This document shows, in pieces, positions 52,548 through 64,000 of a stretch of DNA of 64,000 nucleotides; the first letter of the stretch is position 1, and every line of letters begins with the position of its first letter. The stretch comes from Octopus vulgaris (Eukaryota). The DNA is taken from positions 64,232,001 through 64,296,000 of the forward strand of contig OX597814.1 of NCBI GenBank assembly GCA_951406725.2. Reading direction: 5' to 3'. The notes beneath the pieces were generated by a model, which was given only the letters and a program-made list of their open reading frames with translations, had not been told where the DNA came from and ran no database searches. A program made the translations under genes and the position numbers.

Positions 52548-52850
52548 GGAGGAGGAGGAGGAGGAGGAGGAGTGGGAAAGCATGTGAAGGCGTAGAATGA
52601 GAAGGAATGTTTCTTTTATTTGCCACCAGGGCGACGGATGAGGGAGAAGAAACCAAATAGACATGAACTTTGGGAAATGATTCTAAACAATAATTTATAA
52701 TAACAGCAACACCAGCGACGTCGACAATGGCGAAGAAGAAGAAGAAGAAGAAGAAGAAGAAGAAGAAGAAGAAGAAGAAGAAGAAGAAGAAGAAGAAGAA
52801 GAAGAAGAAGAAGAAGAAGAAGAAGAAGAAGAAGAAGAAGAAGAAGAATG
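52268..52850. repeat. Compound trinucleotide microsatellites (ACT, AAT, AAG, GAT, GAG; then GAA)
   Basis: Direct read. Confidence 0.9.
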
Positions 52851-55042
52851 AATGAATGAATTAATGAATTAATGAATTCCTGTAGAAAAAATAATTTACA
52901 CTAATTTCAGCGCAAGGCCCATAAAATCTTGTTACTAGGGTGTTGCAAAATCAAATTGTAAATTGTGAACTATGTCACTGAATACATTGAATGGAACCGT
53001 TTTTTTTAATTATTCAAAGTGTTAAGTGAGTATAAGCACACAACACAAATGAAATATAATTAAATTGATGGTTTCTCTTTTAGGCCTAGGACCGGCAGTT
53101 TTGAAGGAAATGAGTCAATTAGATCACCCACAGTATTTGACTCGTACTATATTTTATGAAATCCAGAGAAATGAAAGTAAAAGTTAATCGCAGCAGGATT
53201 CGAACTCAAATAATTAAGAGACGATAAACCACAGAACGTTTCACCCATCGTTCAAAGGATTCTACCAAAACATCTCCAACTCACAAATGTGTAACAAGCT
53301 ACTACTTAGGTCTGATTAGATCAACACCTCAAACCCCACCCCCAACAGTCATCAGTTCTCTTATTGCAGATTGGTACTCCTAAATGCGGCCATGAACATT
53401 TTCTGCGATGACCAAAGTAGTATCTCACTTTCTTTGATCGGACATTTCCAGTAACCATCTTTCATTTGAATGTTTGCTGAACTTTTAAGTCCCTATTTCG
53501 GCTTCTTCAGTTAGCACACAGCCCTCCTAATCTAACTCTATAAATTCACTTACGCCTATGAGGTTATAGCTTGTTTTTCAAATGGCTGTAAATATCAGAT
53601 CGTCTCGCAGGGTGTGGGGCATCCACCTTTAACATTCTTCTGGCCTTCCTTTTAGGTATACATTTTTCTTATAGAGAAGCCTTTTTTTGCTTTCGCTACT
53701 GTTTCCAATACATCGCATGTTTATTGTTTATTACTTGCTCCTCATCTCGGGTTGATGGACTGCTGCTGGGGATTATGACTGAGAAACAGAGAGCTGATCA
53801 TTAGCAATATCTTACATCATTTCCGCAGCCTTCGATCGCCGATTTTAGCAACAATATTTTTTGTGACCTGCAAGTTTTCTTCCGATTTTTAAAGTTATTC
53901 AAGGTAGAAAAACCTATACAAATGTTTCTTGTTGCCATATGTGTGACGGTTAAGTTTGTTGCCCTACCACATCAAACACGATGGTTTACTTTCTGCATAC
54001 AGCACCGTATATAGCTCCAGATCATACTTGTAGTCCTCTAGGATTGTTAGGATTTGCATATTCGGGCAGACCCCTCCCGACCATCTATTATTTCTAGTTA
54101 TTTTGACGCATACTAGAAAACTGACGATGAATGACGGGCCAGCGCTATCACCAATATCCGACGTAAACGCTGACGTGCTGCATCAATACTATACGACGCA
54201 CGAGTTCGGTTCGCTTTTTTATCTGCCCAAGGATTCAAAAAGCGCCATACAATTCGTATTTCACTACACCAAGCGATGGGGAGGAATCGATACACATTTA
54301 AACCAGGGCCACCACCAGTTTTGAATTTAAGGGTGTAAATGAAACTCATGATTTCTTAGATATGCAACGATATGTAACCTTCTTCCGTATTCGTTCTTAG
54401 ATAATGACCTGAAGCAAGAATGAACTTTCTTTCGTTACATACCTCTTTAATGTATTTCCTTATCCAACGTTTCTCTCTTACGAGTTACACCAGCAAAGAA
54501 TTGTAAGCAGTCCTGTTTGTGTCACTGAAACAACATTTTCATTAAAATCAGATTGTTTCCTTCAGTAGGTAAAATATGCGTGAGCTATTGTTTGCAATAT
54601 CATTCAAATTGTTCAAATTAGAATTATGAACTGCTAAGATATCCTTTATAGTGTGTACAATGCATAAGTCTAGGTGTGAAATTAAATTTGTTTACTTTCA
54701 TTCGTTTTTCTTCTGTTCATTTCATTTCCTTTTTTCCAGAGGCGTGTCTTTGATGTGGCAGAAATCCATTTTGCATTGAGTTGTAAGCAGGAACAGAAAA
54801 ATAAAATTATACCTAAGAATGACAGACTTTATGTTCTTTCTTAGTATAGTGTAGACATTCAATGCATTGCCAGAATTTCTAACTTTAAAAATACAACCAG
54901 AAAGAAATATTTTTCTTTCGATTGCGAATGATAAAACACCCAAAAATTCTCGGAGTGAGGTGAAAATACATTCACTCACGGCAAGATCCAATAGTAACAA
55001 CAACAACAGCAGCAGCAACAACAGCAACGACAACAGTAGTAC

Positions 55043-55101
<59 letters not shown>

Positions 55102-58100
55102 GGTACAGTATTATGAAAATGAAAATTTCTTTCCTGTCAAAATACGAAGAAACTATTTATGAGCGTGATATATCAACTTTCTCCAACTAATGGCATTACA
55201 CGTGTATGAGAATTCGTAGAAATGTTAGAAAACCAACTCTGAAACTCACTTCGTTGACGTACTTTAATTCTTCACTAAATTTATGCATAAAATGTTTACT
55301 GTTGTAACAATAAATAAATGACATTAGTAAATTCGTTCCACTGAAGAATTTGTATTGAAATTCCTTCCGGTTGATTCCATTTCCATACACTTGAACCAAG
55401 ATGAAAATAGCTATTCGACACTACAAGCAGAAGATTATGTCCCGAATGGTATTTGAAATAAACATTTTGTGTAAATTTATAGCTTTTTGTCTATATTTCC
55501 CTTACTTTAAGACCTTGTGAAACCTTGCGTATTCGTGTATGTATTTTGCATATGTGTTTGTATGTGTGTGTGTATTTGTATGTGTGTGTGTGTATTTGTG
55601 CGTATGTGTGTGTGAGCGTGTAAAATGAGAAAGAGTATGTCAACTTTTGGAATCCATGCGAAACTCCTGGTTTTTGCAGTTTTTCAGGCTTTTTTAAAAA
55701 TCTTTGCTGATAATGTGCTTCCACTTGTGCTATGGTTCCCCACATTCGACGGAAATTTGAGCTAAGATATTGTTGTTATTGTTGCTATTGTTTCTGCTGA
55801 GCTTTTAATTTAGCCTAGACAAGCTCACCTACGATCAAAGGTATTTCAACTATCACTGCCAGTCAATTTTTTAAGTCGTTAGAGCGTTAGTTGAAAGTAA
55901 ACAACTGATATTTCTAGCAGGAACAGCGACTACGCAGAGACATATTAGTTACTTTTTTGTTGTTGTAAACTGTTGTAATTAATTAATCCTACATTATATC
56001 TCATCGAAAAGCTCCATAATCAAAGGAGTTCCTACCATGACCCTCATTTATTTGCATTTATAAAAAATTTTAACCAGACTATATTATTCAATTAGATATC
56101 ATTGTTAAGAAATTTAGTATGTACTTTTATAGAAATTACATTGCTATTTCTAGCAGATCGTGGCTACGTTGTTGTCGGTACCATTGTTATTTTCATCCAC
56201 CATTAAACATTTAATTAGTATTTTGCTGGTTTGCAGTACTGAGATCAATTCATCAACAAAAAACATTTTCGCGCAAAAACTTAGTACATATTGTGTGCAT
56301 GTACATCTATTCTGTTTAACTTTGCAGCAACCGGGGTTTAACATCTTTTCTGTGGATCTTTTCAAAAGGAAAAAAGGGGCAGCAACCATGTCCAGTGTAA
56401 GGCTTCTGAAACTAGATCGTGAGAGTGGAAAAAGAACCAGGATTGAGGAATTGCTGCAGCAGGAAACAGTGTATCAAGTTATTTAGTTTTCGTTATATTA
56501 GAAACTTGTTGCAAATGCTTGCAGCAGAATGAGCTCAGTTTACCGGGCAAAGGATTAACTTTACTATCAAAAAACAGGACTGGTTCACCAGATGGCTTGC
56601 AGAGAATCCGGTTACCTAATCCTGCTTGTAAACTTTCCAGAGACGGCACTTACTCAAGGTACCACGCAGTTAGATCGAACCCGAAGTCACGCGATTGCCA
56701 AAAGAAGTCCTTCACTATACGGACATGCTTGCATCCTACATACTACTACAACTACATAAGCTATTTGCTCTTTGTGAAGCATAAGCCGTCGATTGCTTTT
56801 CTTCACTGTTCTTGATCCTGGACTGTCTTTTCTCTTTCATTCCAGTTGGATCCCTGCTTTTTCCGCCTCTTTGGCTCCCCGCTGCACTTAAAGCATATAT
56901 TTCTTTGGTGGAAGGCCTTCTTCTCCCAGGTCTTGTCGATTTTGAATTGTTTTTGATATTTCTGAAACTTCCATTTTTGTAGATAGATCATTGACCTTAC
57001 GGGAACCCACTTTAACTCTAGAAAGAGCTGGTCCATATCAGTCTGGCCTCTGTTTTTCCACCTGTCCAGTATGGGAAGCCCTACCAAGAGCTTGCATTCC
57101 GCTGAAAACTCTCTTGAGGTTATTGAAGCACACAAGTCACTACACTGCAACAAGAAATGGACCTTATGGTGGATGTTTGCGTCAGCAAGATTGATGATTA
57201 ATGTTTCCATTTGAATTAATGGGTAACTCAGACCTCATCGCATAGTATTTGCTTTTGCATATACCCGCTTTATGAAGCGGGTATAAGCAAATGCTATGAA
57301 TGGAACTCATCTCTCTTCTAACTTTTAACTGCAATCATCAAAATACTGTGTGTGTGTGAGAGAGAGTGTGTGTAGGAGTGTGTGTGTGTGTGAGTGTGTG
57401 TGGGGGGTATACCTGCGTCTTTGTGTGTAGTGCATGTAGCTATTTCTGCACAATGGCTTTAGGATACTTGTTGAGTAATTTGGGTGCAGCTATTTTCGGT
57501 GAACTCTGTCGTTATATTATAAAAAGTCATACTAGTAACGTATCGCGCAATTTTTGGCGTCAGTAGCGCTCTGCCTCTTATCCTGAAAACAGATTAGTAA
57601 AAAAAATGTCTGCAAATATTTTGTCTGCAAATTGATATTAGTTATCTTCCTGTTCATTATTATGTGGTTTATGCAGTGATATTTCTCTACCAAACTTAAA
57701 TCGTAAAGTCTTGAAACTTTTATTATATAAGGTACCAATTCCAAAGTAAACTGTGCAATATGGTGGGTAAGTTTCAGAGTTTTGACAAAGGGGTTTTTCC
57801 TCTGTGACAAAACCTTAAACAACTTCTTCAATTAATACTTGAAGTTGTCGTTGATGCTATTTTCTGATAAAGCATAAAGTTGCATTCTGCAAATTTGAAT
57901 ATTTTAAAACTCCCGATTGTTCTTCAGCACGAAAGTGTGACTTCGTAGATGTGGATCGACTAGCAAATATTGAGAATAGGCTTATCCTGTCAAACCTTAC
58001 TAATCTCAACCACATGACAGCTAATTCAGTAAAAATACACTTCCCTTATCTTTTTCAATATATACTATGCTTAAGACGACAAAGTGGCAGAATCGTTAGC

Positions 58101-58304
58101 ATGTTCTGAGTTCAAATTCTGCAGAGGCCAACTTTACCTTCCTTTTTTTCGGGGTCGATAAAATAAGTACTATTTGACGACTGGGGTCGATGTAATCGAC
58201 TTACACCTTTCCCCGAACTTGCTCACCGTGTGCCAAAATTTGAGACCAATATGTATTATACTTTTACTCACTAGTAAACATCAAAAGTACCACTATAAAG
58301 GGGA

Positions 58305-58697
58305 CTCTAGACACAGGGCCTGAAATTTTGGGGGAGGGAGCCAGTGACCTAGATCGACCCCAGTACGCAACCGGTACCAAATTTATCGACCCTGAAACGA
58401 TGAAAGGCAAGGTCGACCCCGGCGGAATTTGAACTCAGAACGTAGCGGCAGACGAAATACCTATTTCTTTACTACCCACAAGGGGCTAAACACAGAGAGG
58501 ACAAACAATGACAGACAAACGGATTAAGTCGATTATATTGAACCCAGTGCGTAACTGGTACTTATTTAAATCGACCCCGAAAGGATGAAAGGCAAAGTCG
58601 ACCCCGGCGGAATTTGAACTCAGAACGTAACGGCAGACGAAATACGTTTACGCATTTCACCCGGCGTGCTAACGATTCTGCCTGCTCACCACCCTTG
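58305..58697 (-). mobile_element. Dimeric SINE; upstream monomer (58462-58697) ends in the Tx1-type 3' tail
   Basis: Two tandem SINE bodies; 58463-58522 TTTCTTTACTACCCACAAGGGGCTAAACACAGAGAGGACAAACAAT matches the LINE tail at 5594-5640. Confidence 0.85.
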
Positions 58698-59508
58698 TTA
58701 GGTAAAATATTGTAAGAACGCATGTAAGTATTAGACTAAATACAGCTGGAAAAAGAATAGATAGTAGCCGTTGGAAAGCATTTGCTTATAAGTTGGTTCG
58801 ATCAGTTGTGAGTTTGGGTTAAAAAGCAGCTATTCTTCTCGATTGTGAGTTCTAATAACACTCTTCGGTAACTATATTTAATAACTGCTACGGGCGTTTG
58901 CACTAAAGATTATAAGAGGTGACATGAAGAAAATGTCCTAAATTCAGCAACTATCTACTCGCTGATCTCTTAATCCAAGTGGTTGTTTCCCTGCGGCGAC
59001 TGTGATATTCATAATGGTGAGGCCAGTGCAAAGATCAGTAAAAGTAGGAGGAAGTAAAAATTTGTACACACACTTTTCTATGTTTTTTTTATTATATCCT
59101 TTACATGAACACACATCCTTTGCTCATGGTAGATTTCTTGTTCGCCATTACAGTTTTCTATATGCGTACATACGAGAGTTGAACACAGACGCACATTCAC
59201 ACATATGTCTATGTGTATAGGCTTGTCATTGTACGTATGTATGTATGTATGTATGTATGTATGTATGTATGTATGTATGTATGTATGTATGTATGTATGT
59301 ATGTATGTATAATTGTTTGAAAGTATAAGTATGTAGGTGCGAACGTATATTATGTGTGTGTGTGTGGTACTACGTGTTTGTGTATATACTCATGCATACG
59401 ATACACACATACATTCATATATCATATATTTTAAATTCTCATACACATAATTACATAATATGCATAAAATAAATTATGCATTCATATGTCAATATGTATA
59501 TATATGTA

Positions 59509-60410
59509 TACAAGGTGCGGTGAATAAACTTTTGTCTGAATTACGCAAAAATGAAAATAACACTGACATCTCATTTTAACAGATATATTTACCAAAATTA
59601 CAGAAAAATATCTTGAAAAACTAAAGAGTAAATTCATTCAATAAAATCGCCATTGGCTTCAACCACAGCCTCCAGACGACTTCAGAATATCCTGCAACTC
59701 TTCTGGACAGTCACTTTGTTTAAGTTGGTAAATGCTACCATAATCCATTCCCTCAGTTCATCTTTGGTGTTACAATGAGTTTTGTTAGTCTCTTGCTCAA
59801 CTGCCCCCCGCCCACATACACACATAACACTCAAGGGGTTCGCAGTCTGGGGACTTAGGTGGCCAGATGTTAGGGGTGATGGAGTCACAGAAATTGTCTG
59901 TCAACCATGACTGGGTTCTCCTGTTTGTTTGGCATAGTGCAGAGTCTTGTTGCCAGACATAAGGTATTCCAGCAGCTACCCTCGCGACTCAGGGCAGCAC
60001 TACCTCCTCCAGGCACTTGATGTAGGACCCGTGTTGAGACTGAGGCCGTGTGGGAAGATGAATGGAGGCATAAAGCCGCCATCACTAGTGATCACTCCAA
60101 ACACCATGATATTGACTTGATGTTTGGTTTTTATCATTCTCGATACATGTCCTCAGATTGTACTTTCTTTAGATTGACACCCAAACACTCTGAAATGTTC
60201 GTATTGGAGCTTCCGTAGCGAATGCCAAGCAGTACAGTATGTCATTTACAAATTTCTGGCAGAGTGAATAGAGTCATGGTGCTGTTTTTCTCACAGACGG
60301 TGCCCAACTGACCCTCATATACTGTGTAGTCGACAAAATCAAAAACAAAGAATGTGCATGCGCGAAATTGAAAGTATAAAATGGCAACAATTTGCCCATC
60401 ACATCGTGTA
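59509..60410 (-). mobile_element. Decayed maT-like Tc1/mariner transposon
   Basis: Degenerate TIRs TACAAGGTGCGG and TACACGATGTGA; GAVEQETNKTHCNTKDELREWI fragment. Confidence 0.7.
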
Positions 60411-60889
60411 TATGTAATGCACAGGCATACATATGATTGTGTGAATTCAAATGTTTTATTAAAAATGGACATATATAAATATATGTGTGTTATTCTATTG
60501 ACAGATATTGAACATATAAATACAAGTAAAACTTATAAAACTGAGTTGGTTAGCGTGAGATAGGATACCAGATCGAAAAATGAAAATTCAAGAAATAGAG
60601 TTGTCAAACTTCAAGCTAAAGAGAAAATGAATAAGAAAGCGGTTTAGGATAGTTTCAAATATTCTGAATAAATGAATAGAGAAATAGTGTGTATTTAAAA
60701 CGTTTTCGATATATAAATTAATCTAACGGTTGAAGGACTGTATATTTTGAAAATATAAACAAAATAGTATTTGTCTGTAACGGTTAAATTCAAATGAGAG
60801 ACTGATGACAGACAATAAAGCATTGTATAGAATATTATTTAAAACGTCTTTTATATATATTTTATACATATATATTATTTACTTGGGCT

Positions 60890-62200
60890 GTTGATGTAGT
60901 CCACTATAGTGCACCATTTTAAAATGGATACGAGCAGAGATTAACCAACTCGATCGCACAACCCGAAAGACAATGACAATGCACGGTGCCCTCCACCTTA
61001 AGGCGTACGTACACAGGCTCTACATGAAGAGGTGTGAAGGTGGACATGAGTTGATTAGCGTACAGGAGTGCATCAGCAATGAAAGAAGAAACATGGCAGA
61101 ATATTTGGTAAACAGCAAACGAGACCTACAGTAGTATGCTGCTAATGCAGAAGGGAGGAGGAGGAGGAGGAGGAGGAGGAGGAGGAGGAGGAGGGGGAGG
61201 AGGAGGAAGAAGAAGAAGAAGAAGAAGAAGAAGAAGAAGAAGAAGAAGAAGAAGAAGAAGAAGAAGAAGAAGAAGAAGAAGAAGAAGAAGAAGAAACAAA
61301 AGCTATGTAAAACAACTTAAATCCAAACTAAAACTGGAATAAAAATGTACACATACACAGCCTATCACGATGGAAAGAAAAGCTCCTACATTGCAAGTAT
61401 TGGGTTAAGCTAAATAGAAAATAAATAGACAAAGCAAAATCTCAACAATGGCTGAGAAACTCAGGACTTAAAGCAGAAACTGAAGGATTTTTAACTGCCC
61501 CACCAGAGCAAAGCCTTCCCACCAGAAATCACCAAAAACACGTAATGAAAAGAAATACAAGTAACTGCAGAATATATGGTGATGGAGAATAAACAATAAA
61601 CTGGCTGCCCAGTATTAGCTAAAAAATAAATATTCACAGACATGAGTTGGGACCTATATATACTGGAAGCTATGCCAACATTATGAAATGACAACTGAAA
61701 AAAAATGCTATAGGCACAACCCCCAAAAGTTCACAGAAAACGAGAAAGCAACCATACTCTGGGATATGCCAAAACACTCAGATAGAGTAATTAAGGCTAA
61801 TAAACCGGATATAGTTGTCAGAGATCACCAAAACAAAAGATGCCTTCTAATAGATGTATCAGTACCAACAAATGACAACGTTTCTCTAAAAGAAACGCGA
61901 AACTCAAAATACAAAGACCTGGAAATGAAGATAACTCGAAAGTGGAGCCTAAAAACAAACAATTCCTATAATTGTAGGCGTATTAGGTATGATAGAAATG
62001 CATGACCAAAACACCAGGACTTACAAGTGTATATAACTTACAGAAAATAGCACTACTAGGTACCGCACATATCTTACGTAAAGTAAGTTTAATACATGTG
62101 AAAATAAGAACATACAACAAACCACAGCACATAGCCAAGGCACACAGAGCTGCGATCGGTAGTGCAGTGAAAGCACGTGATAAAAATAAGACGACTGAAT
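60890..62200 (+). mobile_element. Decayed R4/Dong-like LINE 3' part with internal (GGA)n(GAA)n expansion
   Basis: LDRTTRKTMTMHGALH..RLYMKRCEGG, ILWDMP, ANKPDIVV and LQKIALLGTAHILRK; 3' UTR matches 27280-27370; ends in (AAT)n. Confidence 0.85.
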
Positions 62201-62248
62201 AATAAAAACAACAACAACAATAACAATAACAATAACAATAACAATAAC

Positions 62249-62480
<232 letters not shown>

Positions 62481-62496
62481 TTAATAATAATAATAC

Positions 62497-63052
62497 ATGC
62501 CCTGATGCAGTACCAGGCAGTGGCTCTCATGGCTTCTGATCTTAACTGATTGGAAGTGTTATCATGTACATTGTTTTGTCTTGGTATAAAAGATGGGCTA
62601 CAGCAAATATTCTGCTCAATACCACAGATTTGCTTGTCAGTTGTTTGACCTTAACCAGTTGAGCATGTCCCTTAGTGGATGACGATATGTGCATCTCTGA
62701 TCACGAGCAGAAGTAGTGGGGGAGCATCATAGCCATGTGTTGAGAAGGATTCTTTGGGGTTTGAATAATTCACCTCTGGAAACATGGGTGTTTCGTTCAA
62801 CGTCCTTAAACAACCCTTATTCAGAGACCTTTTGAGCGGGATTTGGTACTCGATCTGAAGAAAATTCTAACTGGGCCCCACCTGCAAGGTCATGTGCTGT
62901 TTATCTTGATATGAGATCACCATGTCGCGCACATATGGTTGTGATGCATGTGCCTGGTGTACCCTTATCAGACGGGTAGTCATGATGGGTATACTGGGCT
63001 TCGTATATTTTACCCCAGTGTCACTTTGATGGCATGCTCTGCTCGCTCACTC
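62497..63052 (+). mobile_element. ~555-bp non-coding interspersed repeat (copy 2) embedded in (AAT)n
   Basis: Matches the reverse complement of 26700-27222; (AAT)n on both sides. Confidence 0.85.
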
Positions 63053-63960
<908 letters not shown>

Positions 63961-64000
63961 ATACAGCAATTATCCAATGAAATAAGCTACCACCAGCAAG

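Noticed and set aside
53280-54560. Higher-complexity stretch resembling decayed coding sequence
   Set aside because: No diagnostic motif found in the frames I read; left unassigned.
56160-57210. 108-aa and 135-aa ORFs and an exon-like block at 56328-56396
   Set aside because: No recognisable motif; splice signals alone are insufficient.

Overview
AT-rich, microsatellite-dense animal genomic DNA; the SINE types and repeat content suggest an octopus-like cephalopod (inference). The window is almost entirely transposable elements. The dominant structure is a ~21-kb head-to-tail stack of minus-strand non-LTR retroelements (4098-25086), apparently inserted at one point inside a ~1-kb non-autonomous Helitron (3621-25648). 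The stack holds a 5'-truncated Tx1/L1-clade copy, a full-length Tx1/L1-clade element (ORF1 with CCHC knuckle; ORF2 APE-RT-zinc finger), and eight ~1.78-kb ORF1-only elements. These eight encode a diverged ORF1 homolog, have no RT, and share with the autonomous element only a ~45-nt 3' tail and short 5'-UTR motifs. Every junction carries a 12-bp motif TTTCC(TC/GA)CA(T/C)GT, and the two RT-bearing copies have exact TSDs at the same nick point. This suggests a site-specific, self-stacking autonomous plus ORF1-only (HeT-A/HAL1-like) system. A SINE at 58.5 kb carries the same 3' tail. The rest holds decayed Tx1 fragments, R4/Dong-like LINEs abutting (TAA)n (twice paired with a ~550-bp non-coding element), a deleted Helitron with a PIF1 helicase remnant, Chapaev3-like, mariner and maT remnants, tRNA-derived SINEs and many microsatellites. 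No host gene is securely identified; there are two weak candidate exons.
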